Origin: an uncultured Chloroflexia bacterium
GTDB taxonomy: Bacteria; Chloroflexota; Limnocylindria; Limnocylindrales; CSP1-4
NCBI GenBank assembly: GCA_963748625.1
Contig: CAVVJT010000010.1
Location: 576,001 to 640,000, forward strand
Direction of reading: 5' to 3'
Length of the DNA stretch: 64,000 nt
This document shows, piece after piece, positions 38,565-48,212 of the stretch (position 1 is the first letter of the stretch; the number at the start of each line of letters is the position of its first letter). The notes under the pieces are model-generated. The model did not search any database and was not told the DNA's origin. It saw only the letters and a list, made by a program, of their open reading frames with translations. The translations under genes and the position numbers were made by a program.

Positions 38565-39973
38565 CAGCCGGGAGCCTCGTCCTTCGGCGGTATCGGACGC
38601 GGTTCACGGATCCGGGCCGGGACGCCGACGGCGAGCTTGCCGGCCGGAACATCCCTGGTGACCACGGCCCCGGCGCCCGTCTTCGCGTCGTCGCCCAGCG
38701 TGACCGGGGCGCGGAGCATCGTGTCCACGCCCAGGAACACCCGCTCGCCGATGACGGTGCGGTGCTTGCGCACGCCATCGTAGTTGGCGGTGATCGTGCC
38801 CGCGCCCACGTTCGTGTCGGCGCCCACGTCCGCATCACCCAGGTAGCTGCCGTGGTGCTGGCGGACATGCTCGCCGAGGCGTGAGTTCTTGATCTCGGCG
38901 TAGTTGCCGATCTCGGAGCGGCGGCCAACGTGCGCGCCCGGCCGGAGATGCGCGAACGGCCCGATCGTGACGTGGTCCTCCACGGTGGATCGCTCGATGA
39001 CCGAGGCCCAGACCACGCAGTCGGGTCCGATGACGGAGTCCACGATCTGGGAGCCCGCAGCAATCCGCGTCCGCTCGCCGATCCTCGTGGCGCCCCGCAG
39101 GATCACGTTGGGCTCGAGCGTGACGTCCTGGGCCAGCTCCACGCCGGTGTCGAGGTACACGGTGGATGGGTCCACCATGGTGACGCCGGCCCGCATCCAG
39201 CGGTCGTTCATCTCCACGCGCATGTCCCACTCGGCGCGGGCGAGCTGGGTGCGGTCGTTGATGCCGGTCAACCGGCCGTCATCCTCCACCTCGAGTGCCG
39301 CCACCAGCCGCCCGTCCTGGCGCGCGAACGCCACGAGGTCGGTGAGGTACACCTCGCCCGACACGGGCGAGGGGCGCAGGTCGCCGATCCGCCGGCGCAG
39401 CCACGCGGCATCGAAGGCGTAGAGCCCGGCGTTGATCTCCGAGAGGGTGCGCTCGTCGGTGGAGGCGTCCTTGTCCTCGACGATCCGCTCGACGGTGCCG
39501 CCCTCGTTGCGCACCACCCGGCCGAGTCCGGTGGGGTCGATCGCGTCCACGGCGACCAGGGCGATCGCTGCCGCATCCATCGCGCGCGCCTCGAGCAGTG
39601 CGGCGAGCAGGTCACCCTGGACCAGCGGCACGTCGCCCGAGAGCACGAGGATCTCGGCCACGTCATCCTCGATGGCGTCAAGCGCGGCACGGAGCGCGTC
39701 GCCCGTCCCACGCGGGACCTCCTGGAGCACTGAGTCCGCGCGGGCGGCCACGTGGTCCCGGACCGCCTCGGTCGCCGGTGAGTACACGACGAGCGGGCGG
39801 GTGCCGGTCGCCGCATCGGCGGCGTCGAGGACATGGTCGACCAGCGTGCGCCCGCAGATGCGGTGGAGGACCTTGGGGGTCGCCGACTTCATGCGGGTGC
39901 CGAGTCCGGCCGCGAGCACGACGGCGACCGTGCGGCGCACGCGATCGCCGGTTGGTGCAGGTGGAGTCGTCAT
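38564..39973 (-). CDS. glmU: Bifunctional UDP-GlcNAc pyrophosphorylase / GlcN-1-P acetyltransferase
   Basis: LAAGLGTRMKS..PKVLH, GDVP, YLTD, hexapeptide repeats, NYDG. Confidence 0.96.
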   Translation of the reverse strand: MTTPPAPTGDRVRRTVAVVLAAGLGTRMKSATPKVLHRICGRTLVDHVLDAADAATGTRPLVVYSPATEAVRDHVAARADSVLQEVPRGTGDALRAALDAIEDDVAEILVLSGDVPLVQGDLLAALLEARAMDAAAIALVAVDAIDPTGLGRVVRNEGGTVERIVEDKDASTDERTLSEINAGLYAFDAAWLRRRIGDLRPSPVSGEVYLTDLVAFARQDGRLVAALEVEDDGRLTGINDRTQLARAEWDMRVEMNDRWMRAGVTMVDPSTVYLDTGVELAQDVTLEPNVILRGATRIGERTRIAAGSQIVDSVIGPDCVVWASVIERSTVEDHVTIGPFAHLRPGAHVGRRSEIGNYAEIKNSRLGEHVRQHHGSYLGDADVGADTNVGAGTITANYDGVRKHRTVIGERVFLGVDTMLRAPVTLGDDAKTGAGAVVTRDVPAGKLAVGVPARIREPRPIPPKDEAPG

Positions 39974-40066
39974 CAGAGGGCGCGATTCTGGGGTTGGTGC
40001 CGCCGGGTGTCAACCGGGAGGCGGCGGCGGGGCGGATGGACGACGGGCGTTGGCTGCACGGTCAGG

Positions 40067-40447
40067 TCAGCGACGGACGGCGATGGCCTCGATCTCGACC
40101 AGGCCTCCCTTGGGCAGTGCCGCCACCTGGACGGTGGAGCGGGCCGGCGGCGGGCTGGGCATGTGGCCCGCATAGACCGCGTTGACCGCGCCGAAATCGG
40201 CCATGTCCACGAGGAAGATGGTGGTCTTCACGACATCCTCGAAACCCAGCCCGGCCTCGGCAAGCACGGCTCCAAGGCTCTGCAGCGCGCGCTCGGCCTG
40301 GGCCTCGACGCCATCGACGAGGTTGCCGGTGGCCGGGTCGAGGCCCAGCTGGCCGCTGGTGAACACGAACCCGTCCGTGACGATGGCCTGGCTGTACGGG
40401 CCGATCGCGGCCGGGGCGCCGGCCGTCGCGAGTGCGCTGCGGGTCAT
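40067..40447 (-). CDS. ridA: RidA-family enamine/imine deaminase
   Basis: APAAIGPYSQA, SGQL, PARS, LPKGGLVEIEA. Confidence 0.93.
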   Translation of the reverse strand: MTRSALATAGAPAAIGPYSQAIVTDGFVFTSGQLGLDPATGNLVDGVEAQAERALQSLGAVLAEAGLGFEDVVKTTIFLVDMADFGAVNAVYAGHMPSPPPARSTVQVAALPKGGLVEIEAIAVRR

Positions 40448-41466
40448 CGATCCCTCCGGTCCGCCCCCGTGGGGGCGAGGATGCGGGCGGCCGCGACGAA
40501 GGGCTCGCGCGGGCCGGGGGCCACGAGATCGCCGGACGCGATAGCGGCACGGACCGTGTCCGCTGCCGCCGACGCCTCGGCGTATGAAGGATAGAGCGCG
40601 AAGTGGGTCGGCCCGGAGCCGGAGATGCCGACAGGTCGTCCGAGGAGCCGGAGGAGGCCTCGCTTGAACGGCACAAGGCCAGGCTCCACTACCGCGGCGG
40701 CGGGCCCCAGATCGTTCGCGGACGCGAGGACCGACGCCCGGGCGAGCAGATCCGCGACGCCCAGGACGCCACGTCGGAGCTCGTCGGCGAGGTGGGTGGA
40801 GGCAAGACGGGCGGCGCCGCCCGCCGCACGCGCCCCCTGGTCCCAGGCCCGGTAGGCGGCAGGCGTGGAGACGCCGCAGGACGGGGTCACCAGCAGCAGC
40901 CCGGGGCGATCGTGGGTGCCGTCCGCATCACGCAGCCAGCGGAGCGGGGTCAGGCGCTCGCCGCGCCCCTCGATCAGGGCGGGTCCGCCGACGGCGAAGA
41001 ACGGCACGTCCGACCCCAGCGCTGCCGCGACACGGTGGCGCGTGGCGGGATCAAGCACCACGCCCCACGCCGCAAGTGCGGCGTCGAGCGCCGCGGCGGC
41101 ATCCGACGAGCCGCCGGCGAGGCCCGCCGCGACCGGGATCCGCTTCTCGAGGCGGGCGGCGAGCGGCGGGGGCGGACCCGGGTGGCCCCACTCGGGACGC
41201 GCGGCCTCACGGGCTGCGCGGATGGCGCGCAGCACCAGGTTGTCGCCGGGCGGGCCGGGATCGAAGCCGTCCACGTGCAGGGTGTCCTGCGCGCCGGGAG
41301 GCAGGACGGCCACGGACAGGCGGTCGGCCAGGTCGAGCGGCACGAACACGCTGTGCAGGTCGTGGAAGCCATCGGGCCGGGAGCCAAGCACGGCGAGCGT
41401 CAGGTTGACCTTCGCCGGCGCAATGCGCACGACCGGGGCGAGCGAGTGGGACGGGTCGCTGGTCAT
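40444..41466 (-). CDS. ispE: 4-(CDP)-2-C-methyl-D-erythritol kinase
   Basis: APAKVNLTL, KRIPVAAGLAGGSSDAA, LGSDVPF, SGSGPT. Confidence 0.93.
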   Translation of the reverse strand: MTSDPSHSLAPVVRIAPAKVNLTLAVLGSRPDGFHDLHSVFVPLDLADRLSVAVLPPGAQDTLHVDGFDPGPPGDNLVLRAIRAAREAARPEWGHPGPPPPLAARLEKRIPVAAGLAGGSSDAAAALDAALAAWGVVLDPATRHRVAAALGSDVPFFAVGGPALIEGRGERLTPLRWLRDADGTHDRPGLLLVTPSCGVSTPAAYRAWDQGARAAGGAARLASTHLADELRRGVLGVADLLARASVLASANDLGPAAAVVEPGLVPFKRGLLRLLGRPVGISGSGPTHFALYPSYAEASAAADTVRAAIASGDLVAPGPREPFVAAARILAPTGADRRDR

Positions 41467-41475
41467 CGGGGTACC

Positions 41476-41497
41476 GGGCGTCTGGGCGTCTGGGCGT
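41476..41497. repeat. 8-bp tandem repeat GGGCGTCT (~3 copies), intergenic
   Basis: Read directly from the sequence. Confidence 0.6.
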
Positions 41498-42409
41498 TCA
41501 GAGCATCGCGGGGATGTCGCCCAGCGCCTCGGCGAGGACGAGCCACTCCCCTACCGCGAGCGTCTGCGGGCGCCGGTCACGGGCGATCCCGGCCGCCTCG
41601 AGCGCTGCGTCCACGCGGGCGGGCTCCACGGGCAGCTGGCGGGTGAGCACGTTGTGGAGCATCTTGCGGCGTTCGCGGAAGCCTGCCTGGACGATCCGCC
41701 ACAGGTGATCCTCCGCCGCGGCGTCAAGGCGGTCGTCTGCAGGGTACGGCTCCAGCACCAGCACCGCGGACTCCACCTTGGGCGCGGGCTCGAAGGCCTC
41801 CCTGGGCACCCGGAAGGCGACCCGCGCCTTCGCATGGTACTGGCAGAACACCGACAGGTAGCTCATCTCGCCGGGGGGCGCCGCCACCCGCTCGGCGACC
41901 TCGCGCTGGACCATGAGCACGAGCCGCTCGGGCCGTGGCGCCTGGCCCAGGAGCCGGTGCAGGGTCGGGCTGGTGATGTGGTAGGGCAGGTTGGCGACCA
42001 CGTCGTAGGGCTCGGAGACCAGGTGCACGAGGTCCTCGTCGAGGGCGTCGCCTTCGACCAGCCGGAAGCTGCCTGCCGCCAACTCGTCGGGGAATGCGTC
42101 GCGCAGGACCGCCACGAGCCCCCGGTCCAGCTCCACGGCGGTCACGTGCGCCCCTGCCGCGAGCAGGCCACCGGTCAGGAACCCGAGGCCCGGTCCGATC
42201 TCGAGCACGCCCCGCCCGGGCGCAGGATCGGCCTCGCGCAGGATCCCCTCGAGGACGTCGACATCGGTGAGGAAGTTCTGCGAGAGGTTGTGGCGTGCCC
42301 GCAGGCCCTCCTCCTTGAGGCGGCGCTGGACATAGCGCGGATCCATGCGCAGGTCGCCCGCGCGCCGCCCGCCCGTGCCCGGCTCGCCCGTGCGCTGCCC
42401 GGTCGTCAT
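41498..42409 (-). CDS. rsmA: 16S rRNA m6,2A dimethyltransferase
   Basis: SQNFL, EIGPGLG, VANLPYHIT, MVQREVAER, PAPKVES; start inferred from the ATGA overlap with tsaD. Confidence 0.95.
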   Translation of the reverse strand: MTTGQRTGEPGTGGRRAGDLRMDPRYVQRRLKEEGLRARHNLSQNFLTDVDVLEGILREADPAPGRGVLEIGPGLGFLTGGLLAAGAHVTAVELDRGLVAVLRDAFPDELAAGSFRLVEGDALDEDLVHLVSEPYDVVANLPYHITSPTLHRLLGQAPRPERLVLMVQREVAERVAAPPGEMSYLSVFCQYHAKARVAFRVPREAFEPAPKVESAVLVLEPYPADDRLDAAAEDHLWRIVQAGFRERRKMLHNVLTRQLPVEPARVDAALEAAGIARDRRPQTLAVGEWLVLAEALGDIPAML

Positions 42410-43470
42410 CGGGCGAGCGGCAGCGACGGCCGCGCGTCGAGGTCCAGCCCGGCGGTCACGCCGGCCGCCAGGCGGCGTCCACCGGCCGCCCCGATCATCG
42501 CGCCGTTGTCGGTGCACAGGCCAGGGCGTGGGATGACCATCCCGATGCCGCGTGCCTCCGCCTCGCCCACGATCCGTTCGCGCAGGGCCTGGTTGGCGGC
42601 CACGCCGCCACCGAGGACGATGCCGCGGGCACCCGTGGCCTGCGCGGCCCGCAGGGTCTTCTTCGCGAGCACGTCCACCACCGAATCCTGGAAGCCCCAG
42701 GCGAGCTCCGCGATGGCCGCGTCGGACAGCGAGCCATCGCGCTCGTCGGCGGGCAGCCCCTCGTCGGCGCGAGCCTGGGCGATGATCCGGCGGGCGGCGG
42801 TCTTGAGGCCGGAGAAGGAGAGATCGTAGGAGTCGCCCAGCCAGGCCCTCGGGAAGACGCGGTTCCGTTCGACGGCCCGCTCGGCGGCCTTCGAGATGGC
42901 GGGCCCACCGGGGTAGCCGAGGCCCAGGAGCCGGCCGACCTTGTCGAACGCCTCTCCCGCGGCATCATCCATGGTGGTGCCCAGGAGGCGGTACGTCAGG
43001 TGGTCCCGCATCTCCACGAGGAAGGTGTGGCCGCCGGAGACGACCAGCGCGACCAGTGGGAACAGGGGCTCCTCGCGCTCGGCCTCCCCTGGGTCGAGCA
43101 GCCAGCCCGCGTAGACATGGCCCTCGAGATGGTTGACCGGGACGAGCGGCTTGCCGTGCGCCCAGGCGAGCGTCTTGGCGAAGTTGATGCCCACCAGCAG
43201 CGAGCCCGCGAGGCCCGGGCCATAGGTGACCGCAACCCCGTCCACGTCGGCCATGGTGACGCCTGCGGTGGCGAGCGCCTCGTCGGTGACCGGCACGATC
43301 CAGCGCAGGTGGGCGCGCGCGGCAACCTCCGGGACGATGCCCCCGGTTGGCGCATGCAGGGCGACCTGGCTCGCGACCACGTTCGCGAGAATCCGCCGGC
43401 CGTCCTCCACCAGCGCAACCCCGGTCTCGTCGCAGGAGCTCTCGATCGCCAGCAGCAGCGGGCCGCTCAT
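42406..43470 (-). CDS. tsaD: t6A synthase TsaD
   Basis: IESSCDET, GGIVPE, NHLEGH, SGGHT, DDAAGEAFDK, CTDNGAMI. Confidence 0.97.
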   Translation of the reverse strand: MSGPLLLAIESSCDETGVALVEDGRRILANVVASQVALHAPTGGIVPEVAARAHLRWIVPVTDEALATAGVTMADVDGVAVTYGPGLAGSLLVGINFAKTLAWAHGKPLVPVNHLEGHVYAGWLLDPGEAEREEPLFPLVALVVSGGHTFLVEMRDHLTYRLLGTTMDDAAGEAFDKVGRLLGLGYPGGPAISKAAERAVERNRVFPRAWLGDSYDLSFSGLKTAARRIIAQARADEGLPADERDGSLSDAAIAELAWGFQDSVVDVLAKKTLRAAQATGARGIVLGGGVAANQALRERIVGEAEARGIGMVIPRPGLCTDNGAMIGAAGGRRLAAGVTAGLDLDARPSLPLAR

Positions 43471-44039
43471 TCGCCGGCGTCCTTGTAGGCGACAGGGTTC
43501 GGATCGGGTGCGGCGTCAGGTGCCGGCGAGGCGTCGAGCTCCGCGCGGAGGCGGGCGACCCGCTCGCGCATGACGGGCAGCTCGAGCGGCTCGGTGGTCA
43601 TGATCAGGGCGTCTTCCTGGTTGTCGCTGTAGTAGCGGGGACGGATGCCCACCGGTCGGAACCCGTACTTCTCGTACAACCGGCGGGCCGGGAGGTTGGA
43701 CAGGCGGACCTCGAGCGTGGCCTCCCGCGCGCGGCGGTCAAGCGCGAGGTCGAGCAGGGCGAGCAGCAGCCGCTCGCCGAGGCGCCGGCGGCGGAAGCTC
43801 GGGTGCACGGCAAACGTGGTCACGTGCGCCTCGTCCACCATCAGCCAGATGCCGCCATAGGCCACGATCCGATCCCCGAGGATGGCCACGAGATACTGGG
43901 CCAGCCGGTTCGCCTCCAGCTCCTGGCGATAGGCGTGGGCGGGCCAGGGGGTGGTGAACGACGCCCGCTCGATGAGCTGGACATCGGGCAGGTCGGCCAC
44001 GGTCATCGGCCGGATGAGGAGCACCGGTGCCTGGATCAC
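43467..44039 (-). CDS. rimI: Ribosomal-protein-alanine N-acetyltransferase
   Basis: AHVTTFAV, LEVRLSN, LYEKYGF, RPRYYSDNQEDALIM; lies between tsaB and tsaD. Confidence 0.94.
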   Translation of the reverse strand: MIQAPVLLIRPMTVADLPDVQLIERASFTTPWPAHAYRQELEANRLAQYLVAILGDRIVAYGGIWLMVDEAHVTTFAVHPSFRRRRLGERLLLALLDLALDRRAREATLEVRLSNLPARRLYEKYGFRPVGIRPRYYSDNQEDALIMTTEPLELPVMRERVARLRAELDASPAPDAAPDPNPVAYKDAGE

Positions 44040-44725
44040 GACCCACGCCCCCCGCTGAGCTCCACGCCATCGTCGGGAAGTGCGCGCAGGACGCCTCGGG
44101 GCAGCGTCACGTACTCCGGCACGAGCCGCGCAAGGTCATCGCCGCCGGCCGCGAGCCTCGGCGCTCCCTCTGCAAGCAGGGCCGCCGCAAGCCCGCCGTG
44201 GGCGGCCGCACCCAGTGCCACCGCGGGTGCCGGCGCCCTGCCGTCGAGATCCACCGCGACCAGGGTGGCCCCGTCGAGGGCCGGCTCCTCGCCGCCGGGC
44301 AGGATCACCGGGTCGACTCCCTCCCTGGTGACGACACGATCGGACAGGCCGGCGGGCTGGAGCAGCACGAGCGCGGCCATGTCACCGGCTCCGGCCGCGG
44401 ATGCCGCGCGCAGGAGGGCACCCCCGGTCACGACGCCGGCGATGGGCAGCCCGAACGCGTGGGCGATCCCCTTGGCGGTGGCCAGGCCGACCCGGAGGCC
44501 GGTGAAGGCACCCGGGCCGGTGCCCACCACGATGCCGCCCAGGTCGGTGCGGGCGATGCCGTTGTCGGCCAGGAGGGCCTCGATGCGCGCGAGGAGCTCC
44601 TCGCCATGACGGTAGCCCGCCACCCACGTCCGCGCCTCGAGCAGCGAGCCGTCGGCGGAGCCGAGCGCGATGACCGCGTGGGTGGTGGCCGTGTCGAGCG
44701 CGAGAATCGGACCGCCCGCGCTCAT
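44036..44725 (-). CDS. tsaB: t6A biosynthesis protein TsaB
   Basis: ILALDTAT, HGEEL, GPGAFTGLRVG..AKG, PEY. Confidence 0.92.
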   Translation of the reverse strand: MSAGGPILALDTATTHAVIALGSADGSLLEARTWVAGYRHGEELLARIEALLADNGIARTDLGGIVVGTGPGAFTGLRVGLATAKGIAHAFGLPIAGVVTGGALLRAASAAGAGDMAALVLLQPAGLSDRVVTREGVDPVILPGGEEPALDGATLVAVDLDGRAPAPAVALGAAAHGGLAAALLAEGAPRLAAGGDDLARLVPEYVTLPRGVLRALPDDGVELSGGRGS

Positions 44726-45195
44726 GCGACAGCCTCCAGATAGCGCGCGTAGGCGGGATCGCCGGTCCGCAACGTGATCCGGCGCGGCTCGTCCCCGGTC
44801 CCGTCGAGCACGATATCGAGACGCCCCACCGGAAGTGCTCGCCCCAGCCGCTCCGCCCACTCCACGAGCGCCACGCCCTCGAGCTGCCGCTCATCGAGCA
44901 GTCCGCCCGCCAGCGCGTCCGCGGCGTCGTCCAGGCGGTAGAGGTCGAGGTGGAACAACGGCAGCCGGCCCGCATACTCGCTCATCAGCACGAACGTGGG
45001 CGAGGTCACGATGTCGGTGATCCCGAGACCCACGGCGAAGCCCTTCGCGAGCTGGGTCTTGCCCGCGCCGAGGTCTCCCACGAGGCAGACCAGGTCGCCG
45101 GCCCGGGCGACAGTCGCCAGGCGCGCGCCCAGGGCGCGGGTCGCCTCGGCATCGCTGGTGGACAGCACGGTCTGGACGGGAACGGTCACGGACAT
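44722..45195 (-). CDS. tsaE: t6A biosynthesis ATPase TsaE
   Basis: GDLGAGKT, VTSPTF, HLDLYRL, VEWAER. Confidence 0.96.
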   Translation of the reverse strand: MSVTVPVQTVLSTSDAEATRALGARLATVARAGDLVCLVGDLGAGKTQLAKGFAVGLGITDIVTSPTFVLMSEYAGRLPLFHLDLYRLDDAADALAGGLLDERQLEGVALVEWAERLGRALPVGRLDIVLDGTGDEPRRITLRTGDPAYARYLEAVA

Positions 45196-45267
45196 CTCGG
45201 GTGGAGGATACCGCCCGCGGTCATCACGTCCGGGCTGGGCCGGTGGAGGCGCGACGAACCGGCGGTG

Positions 45268-46281
45268 TCAGGCGAAGCGCTCGAGATCCCCGAGGGGGAC
45301 GTCAAGCGGCGGCTCGCCGTCGATCTCCACCCAGGCCGCCTCCAGGATGACCCCGGCTGCGAAGCGGCGCGGTCCCGCAAGCCCAATGGCGCGGCCCTCG
45401 ACCCCGGCGTTGGGGCCACTCCGGATGTGCACCCGGTCGGGCTCGCCCATCGGCAGCTCCAGGTCGTCGGCGTCGAAGACAAGGGCCGGCGGATCCACGA
45501 GCAGGGCCACGTCGCGTCCGGCCAGCCGCTCGAGCAGGGCCATCACGGGGCTGGGAATGGGGCGTCGCAGGGCACCCTCGAGGGCGAGCACCCCGAAGGG
45601 CGGCGTGGGGTGCAGGGCGGCACGCTGGCGCTTCTCCGACGCCTGGAAGTCACGCAGCTCCTTGCCGGGCAACGAGGCCACCACGATGCCGCGCACGCCC
45701 ATCGCCCGGGCGCGGGTGAGCGCCTCGGCGTCGATGCGTGAGCCCACGACCAGGATGCTGCCCGCACGGCCGACGTCGATGCCACCCGGCCGCAGCTCGC
45801 CGAACGGGTCCGTGGCCAGCTCGAGCCGCCCGTGCGCGGCCGAGCCCGCAGCGAGGGCGCCCCGTAGCGCCAGGCCCGTCGCCCGGAGGCGGATCTCGGC
45901 GCCCGGCTGGACCTCGGTCACGATCCCGCGCATTGGCGACGGGATCCGGTCGCGGTGCTCGCCCGTCACCAGCCGCCAGCGCTCCTTCTTGCCGGGCACC
46001 GGCGTGAGCAGCTCCCCCTCCAGGTCGGCGTGGCGGCGGCGACGCGGCACAGGCGCCCAACGCGTGCCCGGCACGCGCGTGGTGCCGTCGGCACCGGTTC
46101 GCGCGTCCACCTCCACGATGTGCCGGTCGCGCACATGCTCGATCAGGGGCTCCCCGGCTTCGACCGTGGAGCCGGCCTCGACCAGGGGCCGGTCGCCGGG
46201 CGGCAGCGGGAAGCGGGCCTCAAGGTCCGGATCGACCAGGCGCCGCACCGGGACCTCGTCGAGCCAGGTCGTGTCGCTCAC
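45268..46281 (-). CDS. Hypothetical protein with barrel-sandwich-hybrid-like motifs
   Basis: GTGA-coupled to the upstream gene; VEAGSTVEAGEPL and SPMRGIVTEV motifs; ARAMGVRGIVVAS; function unknown. Confidence 0.7.
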   Translation of the reverse strand: MSDTTWLDEVPVRRLVDPDLEARFPLPPGDRPLVEAGSTVEAGEPLIEHVRDRHIVEVDARTGADGTTRVPGTRWAPVPRRRRHADLEGELLTPVPGKKERWRLVTGEHRDRIPSPMRGIVTEVQPGAEIRLRATGLALRGALAAGSAAHGRLELATDPFGELRPGGIDVGRAGSILVVGSRIDAEALTRARAMGVRGIVVASLPGKELRDFQASEKRQRAALHPTPPFGVLALEGALRRPIPSPVMALLERLAGRDVALLVDPPALVFDADDLELPMGEPDRVHIRSGPNAGVEGRAIGLAGPRRFAAGVILEAAWVEIDGEPPLDVPLGDLERFA

Positions 46282-47894
46282 CCCGTCACCCCGCTCCACA
46301 GGGCGGCCTGCCATTCCGCAAGTACCTCCCGGCGACGTTCAGGGCGGTCGGGCAGGTGCATCGGGATGTCGCGCAGGTCCACGAGCAGGCCTGCGACCCC
46401 GCCTGTCACATCGGCCACGGCGTGGCGCGTGCGGACGCCGAGGTCCACCGCGACGCGCAGGCGAAGCTCCACCCGGGCCTGCTCGCCGGGCGGCAGGTCC
46501 ACGAGCTCCATGCCGCCGGGCTGGAGGTCGAGCTCGGCTGTGGCCTGGCTGCCATCGACCCGACGCACCTGCAGCGTGCCCGCGGAGCGGCCGGGCCGCA
46601 GCCCGGCGGGCATCAGCACGCTGCCCAGCGGCACCAGGAGCTCGTCGCGCAGGTCGCGGACGATCCGGAGGCGCTCGTCGGGGTCCTCGATTCGTCCCAG
46701 TGGCCCGAGCAGGCGCGCATGGTCGAGGCCGAGCGCACGGATGCCGGGGCGCCGGACCACGTTGGCCAGGGCCAGCGCGACCGCCGGACCCGGGGCGACC
46801 TGCCACGCGCCACCCGCGGCGATCACCAGGTCCGGGGCCGGCTGGGCGGCGATCACGGGTGTCGCCTCGAGAAGACGCTCGACGGCGGCATGCGCGGCGG
46901 CCAGCCGGAGGAGCGCCCCGTCACCGGCCGCATCGCCCCATGGGACGAGCGACATCTCCCGCAGGCGGTCGCGCAGCCGCAGGCGGTCCAGCGGGACGGT
47001 GAGCCAGCGCTCCACGGCATCAAGGTGGGTGTCGGTGAAGGCGGCGGGAAGCAGTGCCCCGGCGGGCGCATGCGCGGTCGTCACGACCGAGCGCCGGCCG
47101 ACGATCCACGAGGCCGCGGCACGGAGTCCGGCGGACTGGCCGATCTCGATGACCTCCACCCGCCGCTCAAGCGCCTCCGCGAGGGTTCCCGTGGTGGCCG
47201 CGATCGCCCGCCGGCCGTCGTCGTCACCGCCACGCAGCCCGTCAAGGAGCGCACGCAGTGGCTCGCCGCCCCCAGTGGCTGCCCCCGGGGCAAGGACCGT
47301 GGAGCCCGGACGATCCGGGCGGAACAAGGCCTCCACCTTGCCGCCGGGCTCCGCGAGACCACCGGCCAGGACGGCCACGAGCGAGGGGCGACGCTCGCCG
47401 GCGGCGGCGATCAGCGTGGCGAGGTGTGCCATGAGCGGGCGCTCGTCGCCGCCCGGGGGGTCGGAGGCGCCCGCGAGCACCACGGACACCCGTGGATCGG
47501 CGAGTGCCGAGGCGACCTCGAGGATGTCCGCGCCATCGAGCACGAGACGCCGGACGCGCCAGCCGGCGCTCGCAGCGGCGTCGGCAAGCGGAGCGAGCAC
47601 GCGCTCGGTGGCGGCAACGACCGCCATCTCCGGCGGCCGGACCGTGGAGCAGGCCAGGACGGGAACGTCCTCGAGGGACGAAGGATCCGCGAGGGCCAGG
47701 TGGGCGGCAAGGTCGGCATCGGAGGCGGTCAACCGGGCCCGGACACGTTCGGCGACGACGGCCGGGGGGACGGCGGCCGGCGCGGACCCGGATCCGACCA
47801 GGCGCCAGCGGTTGGCGACCCTGCCCAGGATGGCGACGGCCGTGGTCGCGGTCCCACGATCGACCGTGACGAAGACGCGCCGCTCGATGCTCAC
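46278..47894 (-). CDS. Glutamate-mutase-L (GlmL)-like, actin/ASKHA-fold protein, degenerate
   Basis: N-terminal VTVDRGTATT..RWRLV, LAGASD, DLVIAAGG, C-terminal GGVAGLLVDLRDIP.LP..R..L..W. Family assignment is from motif memory. Confidence 0.6.
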   Translation of the reverse strand: MSIERRVFVTVDRGTATTAVAILGRVANRWRLVGSGSAPAAVPPAVVAERVRARLTASDADLAAHLALADPSSLEDVPVLACSTVRPPEMAVVAATERVLAPLADAAASAGWRVRRLVLDGADILEVASALADPRVSVVLAGASDPPGGDERPLMAHLATLIAAAGERRPSLVAVLAGGLAEPGGKVEALFRPDRPGSTVLAPGAATGGGEPLRALLDGLRGGDDDGRRAIAATTGTLAEALERRVEVIEIGQSAGLRAAASWIVGRRSVVTTAHAPAGALLPAAFTDTHLDAVERWLTVPLDRLRLRDRLREMSLVPWGDAAGDGALLRLAAAHAAVERLLEATPVIAAQPAPDLVIAAGGAWQVAPGPAVALALANVVRRPGIRALGLDHARLLGPLGRIEDPDERLRIVRDLRDELLVPLGSVLMPAGLRPGRSAGTLQVRRVDGSQATAELDLQPGGMELVDLPPGEQARVELRLRVAVDLGVRTRHAVADVTGGVAGLLVDLRDIPMHLPDRPERRREVLAEWQAALWSGVTG

Positions 47895-47921
47895 GCGGCC
47901 GATGCTACCAGCGCCGCCGGG

Positions 47922-48212
47922 TCAGGCGTCCCAGCCGTCGACCTCATCGAGCTCCTCGAGCCGGTCGATGAGCGCCTCGATGCCGATGTCGTCGCGCAGG
48001 ATCTCCGTGGCCGATGGCGACTCGCCACCGAAGAGTCCGCACAGGACGGGATCGAAGAACAGCATGGCGGGGGCGCCGAGCGGCCGGTACGGCCGGCTCG
48101 CCTCGAGGAAGTGGACGGCGGGACCGGTCAGACCCTTGAGCCGGATCTCCCGGGCCACCTGCTCCACCAGGGCTTCGCGGCGCTCGTCGAGCAGCTCCAT
48201 GGGAAAGCTCAT
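47922..48212 (-). CDS. Small conserved hypothetical protein
   Basis: ATGA-coupled to the macro-domain gene; A..I...GL..PA..FLE..RP..FFDP pattern. Confidence 0.7.
   Translation of the reverse strand: MSFPMELLDERREALVEQVAREIRLKGLTGPAVHFLEASRPYRPLGAPAMLFFDPVLCGLFGGESPSATEILRDDIGIEALIDRLEELDEVDGWDA

Noticed and set aside
46278-47894. DNA mismatch-repair MutL
   Set aside because: It has no GHKL ATPase motifs; the resemblance is to the unrelated glutamate-mutase-L family.
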